Assembly (NCBI GenBank): GCA_964016885.1
Contig: OZ024740.1
Coordinates: forward strand, 255,502,001-255,566,000
Direction of reading: 5' to 3'
DNA: 64,000 bases
Source of the DNA: Eledone cirrhosa
Lineage: Eukaryota
Of the stretch, positions 1 to 12,523 are shown piece after piece. A program made the position numbers and the translations under genes. Within the stretch, counting starts at the first letter, position 1; each line of letters opens with the position of its first letter. Under the pieces are notes generated by a model. It did no database searches and had not been told where the DNA came from. It worked only from the letters and a program-made list of their open reading frames with translations.

Positions 1-2061
1 AGCAAAGAGGTTGGCGCTTATCGTTGGTGGTCTGGTGGGAGAGGCACAGACATGCGCCATTCCCGACAGATCCATCCACGACAACCTCCACCTCATGCGA
101 TACATCGTAGAGAGGGTAGCTAGAGAACCTGGCACGGGTGGGTCTTTGATCAATTTAGATCAGTCGAAAGCCTTCGATAGGGTCGACCATCGTTACCTAG
201 CGGCAGTCCTGAGGTCGGCTGCTTTGGGCCCGTCTTCAGAGGCTGGATCGCTGCCATGGACAGCGACATCTGCTCTGTAGTGAGAGTGAACGGTCACCTT
301 TCGGAACCGTTCAACATCATGCGCTCGGTGCGCCAAGGATGTCCCCTCTCGTCCCTATTGTACGTATTGACTCTCGAGCCATTACTGCACAAACTGGAGA
401 CGTTGAGGGGGGTCCCGCGCGAACTAGGATGCGGAAGACCCGTGTCAGCATATGCCGACGATGTCACCGTAGTGGTGTCGAACGCCAAACACATCGAGGC
501 GATCGGCACTACACTAAGAGAATACGAAGCGGTGACAGGAGCAATGATCAACCAGGAAAAGTCAGTGGGCCTGCAGCTCGGCACCTGGAGAGGCAGGTCC
601 ATGCCGTCCAACAGCGTCGTCGGGCGCTGGACGGACGGACCGGTTAAATTGCTAGGGGTCTGGTTCGGTCCAGACCTCCAGACGGACAAAAACTGGGACG
701 AGGTGACGAGCAGGGTGGCTTCTCTCACCCAGAAATGGGCCGAGAGGAAACTATCCCTGAAAGGTCGAGCGGAGGTGGCGAATGCGTACATCGCATCCGT
801 CATCTACTACCGCCTGACCGTCGTACCTTGTCCTAAGCCCCGCCTGACTGCGCTGGAGCGTTTGCTCTTTCGCTTCTTGTGGAAGGGACGCGCTCCGATG
901 GTCAGGCGTTCCATCTGCTGTCAACACCCGCTACGTCGAGGGCTGGGCATGCCGTGGCTGATGATGCGCAGACACGCGCTCAGGCTACGACATCTCCACC
1001 TCTTCCTCGACGGTGATCAGGTGTGGTCGCCGTTTGCACGACACGTTTTTCCCCAGCTCGTCTCCTTGACGGAGCTGCAGTCCTGGGTCAAGCGAAGACC
1101 GAGAGGGAGCGCTTGGAGACTGGAATGTCTTCAGGCGCTCACAGCCCTCGACCAATCGGGCAATGTGATCGGTGGAAACTCCACCTTGGCGTTCTATAGG
1201 GGATTAGTGGAGGGGAAGAGCGACGACGTACTTGGAGAAACTCTAGGCGTCGACGAAAATCAACTAGCCAATCTCTTCGGAAGGACTTTCGGGCCGGGGC
1301 CTATGGACAACTTCCAGAAATCCCTGGCCTGGCAGTGCTACCGAGGAGCTTTGCCAGTTCGGGATAAACTCTACAGGCATGGAGGTGCCGGCAGCCGGGC
1401 ATGTCCGAGATGCGCGCAGGGCGACGAAACCGTCCTGCACGCACTCGTCCAGTGTCCGAGCATTGCTGACTTGTGGGTTTATGTCGAACACCTGCTGTCA
1501 CGTGTAGGACCTATCCAGCTATCAGCTGAGTCCATCGTGAGGATTGCCCCGCCCCCTTCCTTTAGCCTGGAAGGGCAGGCAGTTTTTATCTGTCTGGTGG
1601 CCATGGCGAAAGAGATAGTATGGTGGACACGTTTGAAAGGGCTGAAGACGAGCACTTACCTCTTCGGTGATGCCCTGATTAACTTTTTCAAATTTCATTT
1701 GAAAAGGAAAATCAGGGTAGAGAGGGAAGTGCTCTCTTCCCAGCATTTTGTTGAAAGATGGGTGAGAGAAGCAAGTATGGCCCGAATGAATGGGCCTTCT
1801 CTGAGTATGTGTCTGTAAATTAAAGGTGGAAAACTGGGAGAGGGCACTTGCCCTGGTGGTCAGGGCCACTGTGGTCTTTTAATGGGCTTTCTCCACAAAT
1901 GTCCCTTGGAAGTCTCCCCCCTATTGGGGAATTTTTCTTGTTATTTTATTTCAACCTCTGTTATTTTACACGCAGAAATGCCCATTTGTACCGTCCTGTA
2001 TTGTCCTGTACTGTCCTTAATGTCTACTTTATGTGAACCCTTGTGGTTAATAAAGAAAACA
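1..2061 (+). mobile_element. L1/Tx1-clade LINE copy 1: 3' part of ORF2 (RT, CCHC finger) plus 3' UTR; runs off the window start
   Basis: ORFs 11..280 and 256..1818 (one frameshift near 225) give LDQSKAFD, QGCPLS, YADD and CPRC..HALVQC. The 3' UTR ends AATAAAGAAAACA directly into (TTA)n. Confidence 0.92.
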
Positions 2062-2083
2062 TTATTATTATTATTATTATTAT

Positions 2084-5000
2084 TGTTATTGTTATTCCTT
2101 GAATCTCAGTCATTGATGTTGGTTAACTGGAAAGTCCGTTGGATTGAATATCAAGCCACTACCTGCAGCCTCAGATATTCAGGACGTATCGGAGGGTTCT
2201 TGCTGTTCCAAGCAAGCATGCCTTTTGAAGCGTTCCAAAAAGCGTGAAGGGGCCGATTTTCTTTAACCATCCCTGGAAACCTTTGGAGATAGTCCCCAGT
2301 GCGCCTATGACAATCGGGATCACTTTGACTTCATGGCAGTTCCAAATCCTTTTCACCTCCCACTTTAGGTCCTGGTATCGGTTAATTTTCTCCCTCTCCT
2401 TCTCTTGCACTCTCGTGTCGAACGGGCAGGCCACATCCACAATCAGGCACGATCTTTTTTCTTTGTCCATAACCACCAGGTCAGGTCTATTGTGTTCCAG
2501 TTTTTTGTCCGTCTGTATCCTAAAATTCCACAGCACCTTCACCTGACTGTTCTCCATCACCGCCTCTGGCCTATGCTCATACCATTTCTCAGAATGTGGT
2601 AGATTGTTTACTTTGCACAGGTGCCAGTGGATCACCCTGCCCATCACATCGTGTCTCCAGCCCTTATAGTGGGTCTGGGCTAGGTGTTTACACTCGGACA
2701 CAATGTGAGCCACAGTCTCCTCTCTCTCTCCACAGATCCTGCACAGTGGGCTAGCCTCCTCCTTGTAGATATGGTGCTTCACCCACTTCGTTTTGAGGGC
2801 CTGCTCCTGCGCAGCCATTAGCATTCCTTCTGTAGCCTTTTTGAGGTCTCCTCTTCTCAACCAGTTCCATGTCTGTGGATCTCTAAATTCAGTTTTCTCA
2901 AAGAAGGTACTATGAAGGGATTTTCCCTTAAGGCTGCTCTTCCTCCTTGATGTTATTTCCTCCTTGGACATCCCCTGGCCTACTGTCCCCTCCTTCAGTA
3001 CAGTTCTGAGCATTGGCTCCTTACTATAGGTCACGTATTTGTATAGGTTGTTTTTCTCCATCTGAACACAGTCCTCTATGCTGATAAGACCTCTTCCACC
3101 CTCAGATCTCCTTAGGTAGAGTCTATCGACATCACTCTTCTTGTGGAACATGTTGTAGATAGTCAATAGCTTCCTAGTCTTCCTATCCATTTCTTTTTGT
3201 TCAGCAACATTCCATCTCAGAATTCCCGCACTGTACCTAATAATAGACACAGCTCGGGAATTTACTGCGCTTATGGCATTTCTGCTGTTCAGATGTGACT
3301 TCAATACGCTCCTTACTCTCCGAATGTATTCAGTTCTTAACAATTCCTTCATTTTTTTGTTCTTTATGCCATCAGCCTCCAGAACGCCCAAATACTTGTA
3401 TCCTTCCTCAGAGTCAATTTCCTTTATCATTTCACCTGTTGGTATCTGGATCCCGTTACTTCTGCTCAACCTACCCCTCTTCATCACAATGACTCCACAT
3501 TTACCAATACCAAACTGCATACATATATCACTGCTGAAAATACGGACAGTGTCAACAAGCACATCCAACTCCTTCTCACTCTTCCCGAAGAGCTTAAGAT
3601 CGTCCATGAAGAGGAGGTGATTGATGGTAAGCTCTCCCTTTCCTAACTGGTATCCTGCTCTCACTTTTCGCAGTATAATGGTCAGGGGCATCAGGGCAAG
3701 GACAAAACAACAGAGGGGACAGACTATCTCCCTGGAAGATACCTCACTTGATCTTCACGCCTCCCAAGGATTCTCCAGCTGATGTTAACTCTGTTTTCCA
3801 GGACTTCATACTTTTGCCCACCAACTGTCTGATGTTATCTGCCACCTTGAAGATCTCTAGGCTTTTGGTGATCCAAGAATGAGGTACCATGTCAAATGCG
3901 CTTTTGCAGTCTATCCATCCTATTGCAAGACCAGTGTGTCTCCTCTTGCAATTCCTCATTACCATCTTATCAATAAGTAACTGGTCCTTTGTACCACGGG
4001 ACTTCTTTCGGCATCCTTTCTGTTCGACCTATAACAAGTTTTTTGTGTGGAGGTGATGGTAGATTTCCTCAGACATAATGCTTGTCAACAGTTTCCACAT
4101 TACGGACAGGCATGTGATAGGTCTATAGTTGGTAACATCATTACCCTTGATTCGGTCTTTCATTACCAGAACTGTGGTACCTTTTGTCAACCACTCTGGT
4201 ACCTCACCTGACATCAAACAGTCATTGAACATGGTTGTCAGTTTCGGGTGGAGGGATGTTATATTTTTAATCCAATACCCCTGCACACCATCTGGGCCTG
4301 GTGATATCCAGTTGGTTAGTTTTTAGGCCTGCCCCTTAAGAGTTTCAACTGTGATACTCAAATCAGTTTGTTGGTGTGCCTGTTCACTAATCTCCTTTTG
4401 TACTGTCTCAACCCACACTGCCTGGTCATTATGTTTAACATCATGCTCCCATATTCCTCTCCAGAATGTCTTAGTTTGTTCCGCCTCAGGGATCAAGTCG
4501 TTGCCTCTTTCTTTCCCTTCAAGCTATCCAAACAGCATCTTCTGGTTGTTGTCAAACATGCGGTTCTGTCTATACTGACTGACTCTGTTCTCGTATCGCC
4601 TAATTTTTGCACTCTTTGCTACAATGCGTTGCTTCAGTTCCTCTATGATAATATTTAGCTTTTTCCTCCTAGTTTTGTACTTTATTTCCAGTCTATTTTT
4701 AGTGTCTATGTTTTGTAGTGTCCCATTCAGTAGGGAATCAAGCTTTCCAATTTCATTTCTCATTTCCCTGATTTGACCATTCAGTCGTTTCTTCCACCAA
4801 GGTTCTGATCTTTCTTGTTTGTTGTTTCCTCTCGCTTTTATGCCAAGTAATTTCCTCACCGCATTTGCTGTTGCTTTGAGGATATTGTTGCACAGGTGAA
4901 GGTTCCTCGTCTCAAGGTATGGGATGACTTTGTTTACCTTAGCTGTTGTTTCTTTTAACTTTTTCCTGTCTACAAATCTTAGGTTCATAGGTTTCCCACT

Positions 5001-5690
5001 ATCATTGTTCAATTCATCTACCACTAAGTTTAGGATATCAACCAAATCTTGTCCTAGCCCGTCAGCATTAATCTCCTCAATGGCCGTATCTTTGTTCCAG
5101 GTATTATTTATTTCAGCATTCAGATCATTGTCTGCTTCGGATGGTTCCTCCGATCTCTCAACCTCTTCACCTTCATTTCCCACTGGCTCGTTTCCCTGGC
5201 ATACTCCACTCTCCATTTCCAACCTAATCTCTCTGCTCAGTTCCTCCAGTTCCAGCTCGCTTATCCATCCATAAGTTCTTATTACCCGAGCCTGCCCGGC
5301 CAATTTTTGTTCATCTAATTTAAATAGACCAATCTCGTTCCAGATGTTATGCATCCGTTTCCTATAGCCTTTTTCCTTGGGGGTTACTCTTCAGGTAACA
5401 TTGCATAACAGTTCTATTCAATTCTTTCGTCCAGTTGGTTCTGGTCCCTTTCCTTCTTCTTCTTCCTCCGAGACCAGCAGTATTTGGTTGACAGCCAGGT
5501 CCCTGCTGCTGAGCCAGGGAGCACCTGCTGAGTGAGAGTCTGTCACATGACATTCCAGTCTCCACTTCACCGTTATTCGAACTGTTTAGGTTCGACATTT
5601 AAACACTCTTATCGAGGATTGGTGAATGTATGGTTACATAACCACCGGTGATTTCATCACCCCCGGTGATTTTAGTGTGGCACTATCACG
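2084..5690 (-). mobile_element. R4/Dong-like RLE non-LTR retrotransposon copy 1, apparently full length, disrupted
   Basis: ORF pieces 5598..5362, 5354..4524, 4286..4029, 3965..3744 and 3691..2171 join into one ~1140-codon frame: N-terminal NWTKELN..MQCY, RT (YRPITCL, FMDD), CRIC..HIVSEC, RHD and PDLVV.DK nuclease. The 3' end runs into (TAA)n. The 5' boundary is approximate. Confidence 0.88.
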
Positions 5691-5699
5691 CTGTAGACG

Positions 5700-6522
5700 A
5701 ACATAAATAAATAAACAAACAAATAGGTAAAAAAAAAAAAAAAAAGAATAAGCATAAGTTTCATTGTAATGTAATGTTTGAATGTCTGACTTAGTTTTTT
5801 TTTTTTTTCCTTCTCTGTCTGTCTGTTTTTTTTTTTCATTTTTCTATTCTTTACGTTTTTCGCTGTTGCTGTGCTGCTTTGATTTTGATTTTTGTTTTTT
5901 GATTTTTTGACCGGGTCATCAAATCAGTCTATTTATATCTTTTGATGCGTTCCTCTTTTAGTGGGGACACTACGATGCATGTCTTAGCAGGAGGTAGTGG
6001 GAGAGAATAGCGGCGGTAGCAATAATGAGGCAGTGGTGGTGGTGGTGCTGTGCTAGTAGTACTTAGCTGGAGGTAGTGGGAGAGAATAGCGGCGGTAGCG
6101 ATAATGAGGCAGTGGTGGTGGTGATGTGATCGTAGTACTGTAGTGATGGTGTTGAAGTTGAAGTAGAAATAGAAGTTGAAGTAACTTGACTAGAGTTTTT
6201 GGGGTGGTAGTGGTGATGGTGGCGGTAGTGGTGTTGGTGGTGAAATTATTTTCCTGTCTGTCCACTTAGCCATTTAGCCATTTTGCCATTTTGCTCTTTT
6301 TCGACTATAACATTTCTGATCCAAAATTAAATATTAAATATTGGGGCCCTATGCCTTAAAGTGATGCGTTATGGCTTCCTGAGCGTAAACAAACTGTAAT
6401 CTTATACTTCATTTGTAATAAGAATTATTCTATCACAGTTGTTTTAAATAAGTAAAAATCAAAAACTTACGGGAGCGATTCCATAAAGATATATATCCAC
6501 CATGTGCGTTTTCTTCCCTTCT
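5700..6522 (-). mobile_element. Probable 5' remnant of another non-LTR element (5' UTR plus Thr/Pro-rich ORF1 start), with a ~60 bp direct duplication
   Basis: Starts next to the (TAA)n tract. ORF 6265..6053 is Thr/Pro-rich like the ORF1 N-termini here. Duplicated segments lie at ~5983-6045 and ~6062-6123. No catalytic motif seen. Confidence 0.35.
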
Positions 6523-6523
6523 A

Positions 6524-6590
<67 letters not shown>
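6524..6590. repeat. (TTA)n microsatellite at the 5' end of Tx1 copy 2
   Basis: Direct reading. Confidence 0.97.
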
Positions 6591-6769
6591 GAATGCTATG
6601 GTTGACGGAGGCTCGGCTCTGTAAGGTATTGTAAATTTTGACCGCTATAACAATTGTAAATTGTTTAAAACTTTAACCAACTTGTAGACAAAAACACCCT
6701 CCTCCTCGTGAGAGTTGTCGTTCTGCCTGTTATTTAGCCCTTCGGCGTTAAATAACCAATTATTGAGGT

Positions 6770-8593
6770 TTGGTGCCCAATATTTATTTTAAACAAAAAC
6801 AAAAAAACATGGCTACGAAAAAGAATTTTCATAGGTCACTCCCACTCATTCCGTCTTCTTCTTCCTCAATCGTCACTACAGTAGAGAGAAGATTGTCTCT
6901 CTACCTCCCTTCTCTAAATGTGTCTCTCTCCCTCCCTTCTCTTTCGCAAGCGACGCCAGAAAAGAAAAATCACGTGCAAAGCGTGCAAGATTTCTCCACG
7001 ACGACGACGACAACGACGAAAAACGTGTGCGGGAAATACGAAAACCCATTTCATTCGTCTGACGTCAGGAATAATAGCAGTAGCAGCCGTAATAACAGCA
7101 GCAGCAGCAACAGTGACAAGGAAAACAACAGTAGCAGCCGCAACAGCATCAGAAGCAGCATAAACAACAACAGCATTAGCAGCAACAACAACAGCAGCAG
7201 CAGCAACAACAACAACAACCACAGCAACAGCGGCGGCGGCAGTAGTCGTAGTACCTGCAGCAACAACAAAAGTAACAGCAGCGCTGACGACAACAACAAC
7301 AGCAGCAAAGAAAAACCAATCTCGTTTGCAGGTATCGCAAATAACCTGGAAACCATCCTCATAACAAATGAGGAATTAGAGGAAGCGAAGAAGATGGTGA
7401 CAAAAACCGGACACCGAGCAATCTGCAAGGCAGCCGAACAATTTTTCGAAATCCAACAGCACTGTACGGTCACGTACCGTACAGTAAGCACAAAATCCTG
7501 TAGGGTTGAAAGAGCCACAGAGGCTCAAATACAAAAAGCCTTAGTGTCTGTCTGGCAGCGGAAAACGCACATCACCCGAGGCAAGAAATATGCCACCGTA
7601 GACGTGCTTTTTGCCACACACCAGGAGGCAAAGGCTCAATCCTTAGTGACCCTAAGGAGCGAGGAAATGGTATTGGTGCCCTCCTACTGCAGGCAAAAAA
7701 TTGTGAGGGTCAAACTGAACCCCCCCCCCCCCCCCTCCGGGATGGCCCCTTCTTGGCTGGCCGCGTCTGTCGTCGTCGGAATCGAGGACAAAACAACTGT
7801 ACTGCAAGTACAGAAAAAAGTAAGAGAAGATTGGGTCGGCACCTCCATTGAGATGTTAATCCAAACCAACCAGGAGTGCATCGAAGCTATCCCGGATGTG
7901 ATAGACTTCGATAACGGCACTCAACTGCCTATAAGTGTTGAGGGCAAACGCCCGAAATGCTTTCGCTGTGGATCGAAGACTCACCTCAGGGCCTTCTGCA
8001 ACGAGAAGACCCTGAGAAAGGAGAAAACCCCCCTCCTTCCGAAACCGGCTCCACAGCTACCAGCAACAGGACAAGCGGCAACCAGGAACGATAGGTCCGT
8101 GGCACCCATACCCACGCCACGGAAATCAAAAACAGCAGCAGCAGTGGAAGTATTAACAACAACAAAAGCAATACCAAGTGCAGCTGCAACAGAGACTCCA
8201 GTGCAAACATCACCAACAACAACAAGTGAAAGAGTGGAGCTGGTACCCCTTCCAGACCTCACAGAATCAGACATGGAGTGTGAGGTGGGAGAGGGATGGC
8301 AAAAGGTCGTAAGAAGGCACAAACGCAGAAGAATCGCATCGTCGCCTTCGAAAAGGGAGGAAAGAAATGAAAAAAGGGTAAAGGCTACTGCAAAGAGACT
8401 CACAGCAGCAACACCACCAACACCATCACTACCCACACTAGCACCACCATCACCACCGGCGACAACCCCAGCGCCAACAACAACAACACCTTCAACACCA
8501 CCACCACAAGCACCAACATCGCAAACACAACAACAAAACACACACACCCAGCAACAACGACAAGAAAATAGCAGAACAACACCCCACCCCTAG
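6770..8593 (+). CDS. LINE ORF1 (gag-like nucleic-acid-binding protein, type A) with CX2CX4HX4C knuckle
   Basis: 607 aa ORF with an N/S microsatellite-coded tract, CFRCGSKTHLRAFC and a Pro/Thr-rich tail. Homologous to 38519..36660. Probably ends early, since homology continues to ~8945. Confidence 0.82.
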   Translation: MVPNIYFKQKQKNMATKKNFHRSLPLIPSSSSSIVTTVERRLSLYLPSLNVSLSLPSLSQATPEKKNHVQSVQDFSTTTTTTTKNVCGKYENPFHSSDVRNNSSSSRNNSSSSNSDKENNSSSRNSIRSSINNNSISSNNNSSSSNNNNNHSNSGGGSSRSTCSNNKSNSSADDNNNSSKEKPISFAGIANNLETILITNEELEEAKKMVTKTGHRAICKAAEQFFEIQQHCTVTYRTVSTKSCRVERATEAQIQKALVSVWQRKTHITRGKKYATVDVLFATHQEAKAQSLVTLRSEEMVLVPSYCRQKIVRVKLNPPPPPSGMAPSWLAASVVVGIEDKTTVLQVQKKVREDWVGTSIEMLIQTNQECIEAIPDVIDFDNGTQLPISVEGKRPKCFRCGSKTHLRAFCNEKTLRKEKTPLLPKPAPQLPATGQAATRNDRSVAPIPTPRKSKTAAAVEVLTTTKAIPSAAATETPVQTSPTTTSERVELVPLPDLTESDMECEVGEGWQKVVRRHKRRRIASSPSKREERNEKRVKATAKRLTAATPPTPSLPTLAPPSPPATTPAPTTTTPSTPPPQAPTSQTQQQNTHTQQQRQENSRTTPHP

Positions 8594-8980
8594 AAAAACA
8601 AATGCACGGCAATAAATACACACAACAAGAAACTAATGACTTACATAATTTAACACACAGACATTTCACAGCACGACTACATAATACCAGCACCAATCAA
8701 AACGCCAACTAACATAAGACTGCTAAAAATAGCACAGAAACAATACACAAACATTAAAATGAAATTCCCCAACGCAGTTGGTGATTTCAGAGACCTAGGA
8801 GGGACTCTCAACCGAAGAGTATATTCGGACATACTCATAGAAGAGCCGAGGACCAGCCGAAGGGACGATTCAACGGTCCCTTCACCAGACGATCAAGTGG
8901 AAAGGGATGGAAAAAACCATCCTTCCTCTACGAAAAGTACGGTAAGTGGGCTTTCCCATCTTTTCCACTCTATTTTAAAC

Positions 8981-11900
8981 ATGACCTGACTCAGAATAGG
9001 CAGCATAAATGCGCGTGGCTTGGGGTCGTCATGGAAGCAGGGTCACCTGCTAAACGACCTCAGGTCACTAAGCATAGATGTAGTGGCCATCAGCGAGACC
9101 AGAATCTCCGAAGCACGGGCCTTCGCACCGATCTTCGGCGGCTACGATGTGTACGCATCTCCCAGCCGTCCTGGATCGGGGGTGGAGTTGCTGTGCTTTT
9201 TCGGAGAGGTTTGGATCTCGCGATACGGGCCATCTTCCTGGACCCAGAGGGTAAGTTGGTGGTGCTGGACGTGACCAGCGGAGACGGCAAAGCTTTCAGG
9301 CTAGTGGCCGTCTATGCCCCGACAGGAACAGGGCGGCCTGATTTCTTCCGGCGTCTGGAGCCCTTTCTTGGAACGTCCCGCTCTTTAGTGTTAGTGGGCG
9401 AATGGAACGGGATCTTAGATGCACGCTGGGGCTGTGTGGGATTAGCAGATAGAGATGGAGGGTGCAAGAGCCTCACCAACCTGCTCAGGCGTTTTGAACT
9501 GTCTGACAGGTACCGATTGGATTTCCCGAATGTGCCAATGTGGACTTGGACAAATCGCATAGGGTCATCCAGATCATATCTAGATAGAGTATTTTGTAGG
9601 GAAATAGATAGGACTAGAATAGGCTGTCCACAATTCAAGATAGTCAGCTACACGGACCACAAATTCATGATCTGTGTGCTTGACTTAGATAGGCTTCATA
9701 GACGAGAACCCGGCTACTGGAAGCTAAACGCGCCCTTACCAGCGCGCAAGGCCTACAGAGACCGGATTAGCGAACTAGTTAAGCGGGCGTTGACGGGGGC
9801 CATCATCAACAACAAGTGGTGGTTTGCTCTGAAAAGAGCGATTAGAATAGAATCCATTAGGTTTAGTAAGGCTTTAGCAATAGAGAAAAATAGAGCAGAG
9901 GGAGAACTAGTTAGAAAATTAGACGAGGCGCTTAGCAAAGGCATTGCGACCGACGTGCTTGCGGCGAAATTGGCCCTCGACCAATTCTTCAATGCAAAGC
10001 ACGAAGGCTGCGTTGTCAGAGCTAGGGTGCGTGCTCTCAGACACGAGGGGACGAAAGCGGTTCAATGGGCCCGAGTGGCGGAGGCGCGTTGTGGCAACAA
10101 AGCCACGATCCGGTCTTAGGTGAACCACGACGGGCGCATGCTGCTCGATCCCGGGCAAATGTGTGAAGCTTTTCAGCGACACTTCGCTCAGCTGTTCGGG
10201 GGCAGCGGTGAGCCGGGTCGAAGGATGGACTTTAGTGTCTACCTCGACGGACTGCCGCGGCTCTCGGCCAATGAGGCGGAGTGTTGCGAAAAGCCGATAA
10301 CAACCGCTGAAGTGCGGGAGGCAATGACTGGCTGCACAAGGGGTTAATCGCCTAGTTTGGATGGTCTGCCCTATGAACTTTACGTACAGATGCCAGACTT
10401 GTTCGGAGGCCTCTTGGCGGACGTCTACTGCAACTGCCAACAGAACGGGAGAATTCCCAGTTCTGTGAGCCGAGGAGCGGTGGCACTGCTGAGAAAGGAT
10501 CCGAAGGGGGATAACATAGATAATTTCAGGCCCATAACTCTGCTAAACACAGAGTTCAAGATTTTGGCCAAGGTGCTAGGAAAGAGGTTGGGGCTTCTCG
10601 TTGGTGGTCTGGTGTGAGAGGCGCAGACATGGGCCATTCCCGTCAGATCCATCCACGACAACCTCCACCTCATGCGATACATCGTAGAGAGGGTAGCTAG
10701 GGAACCTGGCACGGGTGGGCCCTTGATCAATTTAGATCAGTCGAAAGCTTTCGATAGGGTCGACCATCGTTACCTAGCGGCAGTACTGAGGGCGGCTGGC
10801 TTTGGCCCCGTCTTCAGAGGCTGGATCGCTGCCATGCACAGCGACATCTGCTCTGTGGTGAGAGTGAACGGTCACCTTTCGGAACCGTTCAACATCATGC
10901 GCTCGGTCCGCCAAGGATATCCCCTCTCGTCCCTCTTGTACGTATTGACTCTCGAGCCATTACTGCACAAACTGGAGACGTTGAGGGGCGTCGCGCGCGA
11001 ACTAGGATGCGGAAGATCCGTGTCAGCATATGCGGACAATGTCACCGTAGTGATGTCTAACGCCAAACACTTCGAGGTGATCGGCACTACACTAAGAGAA
11101 TACGAAGCGGTGACAGGAGCAATGATCAACCAGGAAAAGTCAGTGGGCCTGCAGCTCGGCACCTGGAGAGGCAGGTCCATGCCGTCCAACAGCGTTGTCG
11201 GACGCTGGACGGACGGACCGTTAAATTGCTAGGGGTCTGGTTCGGTCCGGACGTGCAGTCGGACAAAAACTGGGACGAGGTGACGAGCAGGGTGGCTTCT
11301 CTCAATCAGAAATGGGCGGAGAGGAAGCTATCCCTGAAAGGTCGAGCGGAGGTGGCTAACACGTCTGTCATCTGCTACCGCCTGACCGTTGTACCTTGTC
11401 CTAAGCCCCGCCTGACTGCGCTGGAGCGTTTGCTCTTTCGCTTTTTGTGGAAGGGACGCCCTCCGATGGTCAGGCGGTCCATCTGCTGTCAACACCCGCT
11501 ACGTGGAGGGTTGGGCATGCCGTGGCTGATGATGCGCAGACACGCGCTCAGGCTACGACATCTCCACCTCTTCCTCGACGGTGATCAGGTGTGGTCGCGC
11601 TCACAGCCCTCGACCAATCGGGCAATGTGATCGGCGGAAACTCCACCTTGGCGTTCTATAGACGATTAGTGGAGTGGAAGAGCGACGACGTACTTGGAGA
11701 AACTCTAGGCGTCAACGAAAATCAACTAGCCAGCCAATCTCTTCGGAAGGACTTTTGCGCCGGGGCCTATGTACAACTTCCAGAAATCCCTGGCCTGGCA
11801 GTGCTACCGAGGAGCTTTGCCAGTTCTGGATAAACTTTACAGGCATGTAGGTGCCGTCAGCCGTGCATGTCCGAAATGCGCGCAGGGCGACGAACCGTCC

Positions 11901-12253
11901 TGCACGCACTCGTCCAGTGTCCGAGCATTGGTGACTTGTGGGTTTATGCCGAACACCTGCTGTCACGTGTAGGACGGATCCAGCTATCAGCTGAGTCCAT
12001 CGTGAGGATTCCCCCGCCCTCCTCCTTTAGCCGGGAAGGCCAGGCAGTTTTTATCTGTCTGGTGGCCATGGCGAAAGAGATAGTATGGTGGACACGTTTG
12101 AAAGGGCTGAAGACGAGCACTTACCTCTTCGGTGATGCCCTGATTAACTTTTTCAAATTTCATTTGAAAAGGAAAATCAGGGTAGAGAGGGAAGTGCTCT
12201 CTTCCCAGCATTTTGTTGAAAGATGGATGAGAGAAGCAAGTATGTGTCTGTAA
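8981..12253 (+). pseudogene. Tx1 ORF2 (APE-RT-CCHC), multiply disrupted
   Basis: Fragments 9031..10119, 10120..10347, 10357..10617, 10672..11232, 11226..11630 and 11867..12253 match copies 1 and 4. YADD is mutated to YADN. Confidence 0.9.
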
Positions 12254-12523
12254 ATTAAAGGTGGAAAACTGGGAGAGGGCACTTGCCCTGGTGGTCAGTG
12301 TCACTGTGGCCTTTTAATGGGCTTTCTCCACAAATGTCCCTCGGAAGTCTCCCCCCTATTGGGGAATTTTTCATTGTTATTTTTATTACATCCACTGTTT
12401 TTTTTTACACGCAGAAATGCCCATTTGTACAGTCCTGTATTGTCTTGTACTGTCCTTAATGTCTACTTTATGTAAACCCTTGTAGTTAATAAAGAAAGCA
12501 TTATTATTATTATTATTATTATT

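Larger units (their letters stand above)
6591..12500 (+). mobile_element. L1/Tx1-clade LINE copy 2, full length (~5.9 kb), ORF1 type A, ORF2 pseudogenised
   Basis: Flanked by (TTA)n on both sides. ORF2 from ~8981 has APE (GSINARGL, ISETR, YLDR, TDH) and RT motifs broken by stops, frameshifts and a deletion near 11598. Ends AATAAAGAAAGCA. Confidence 0.92.
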
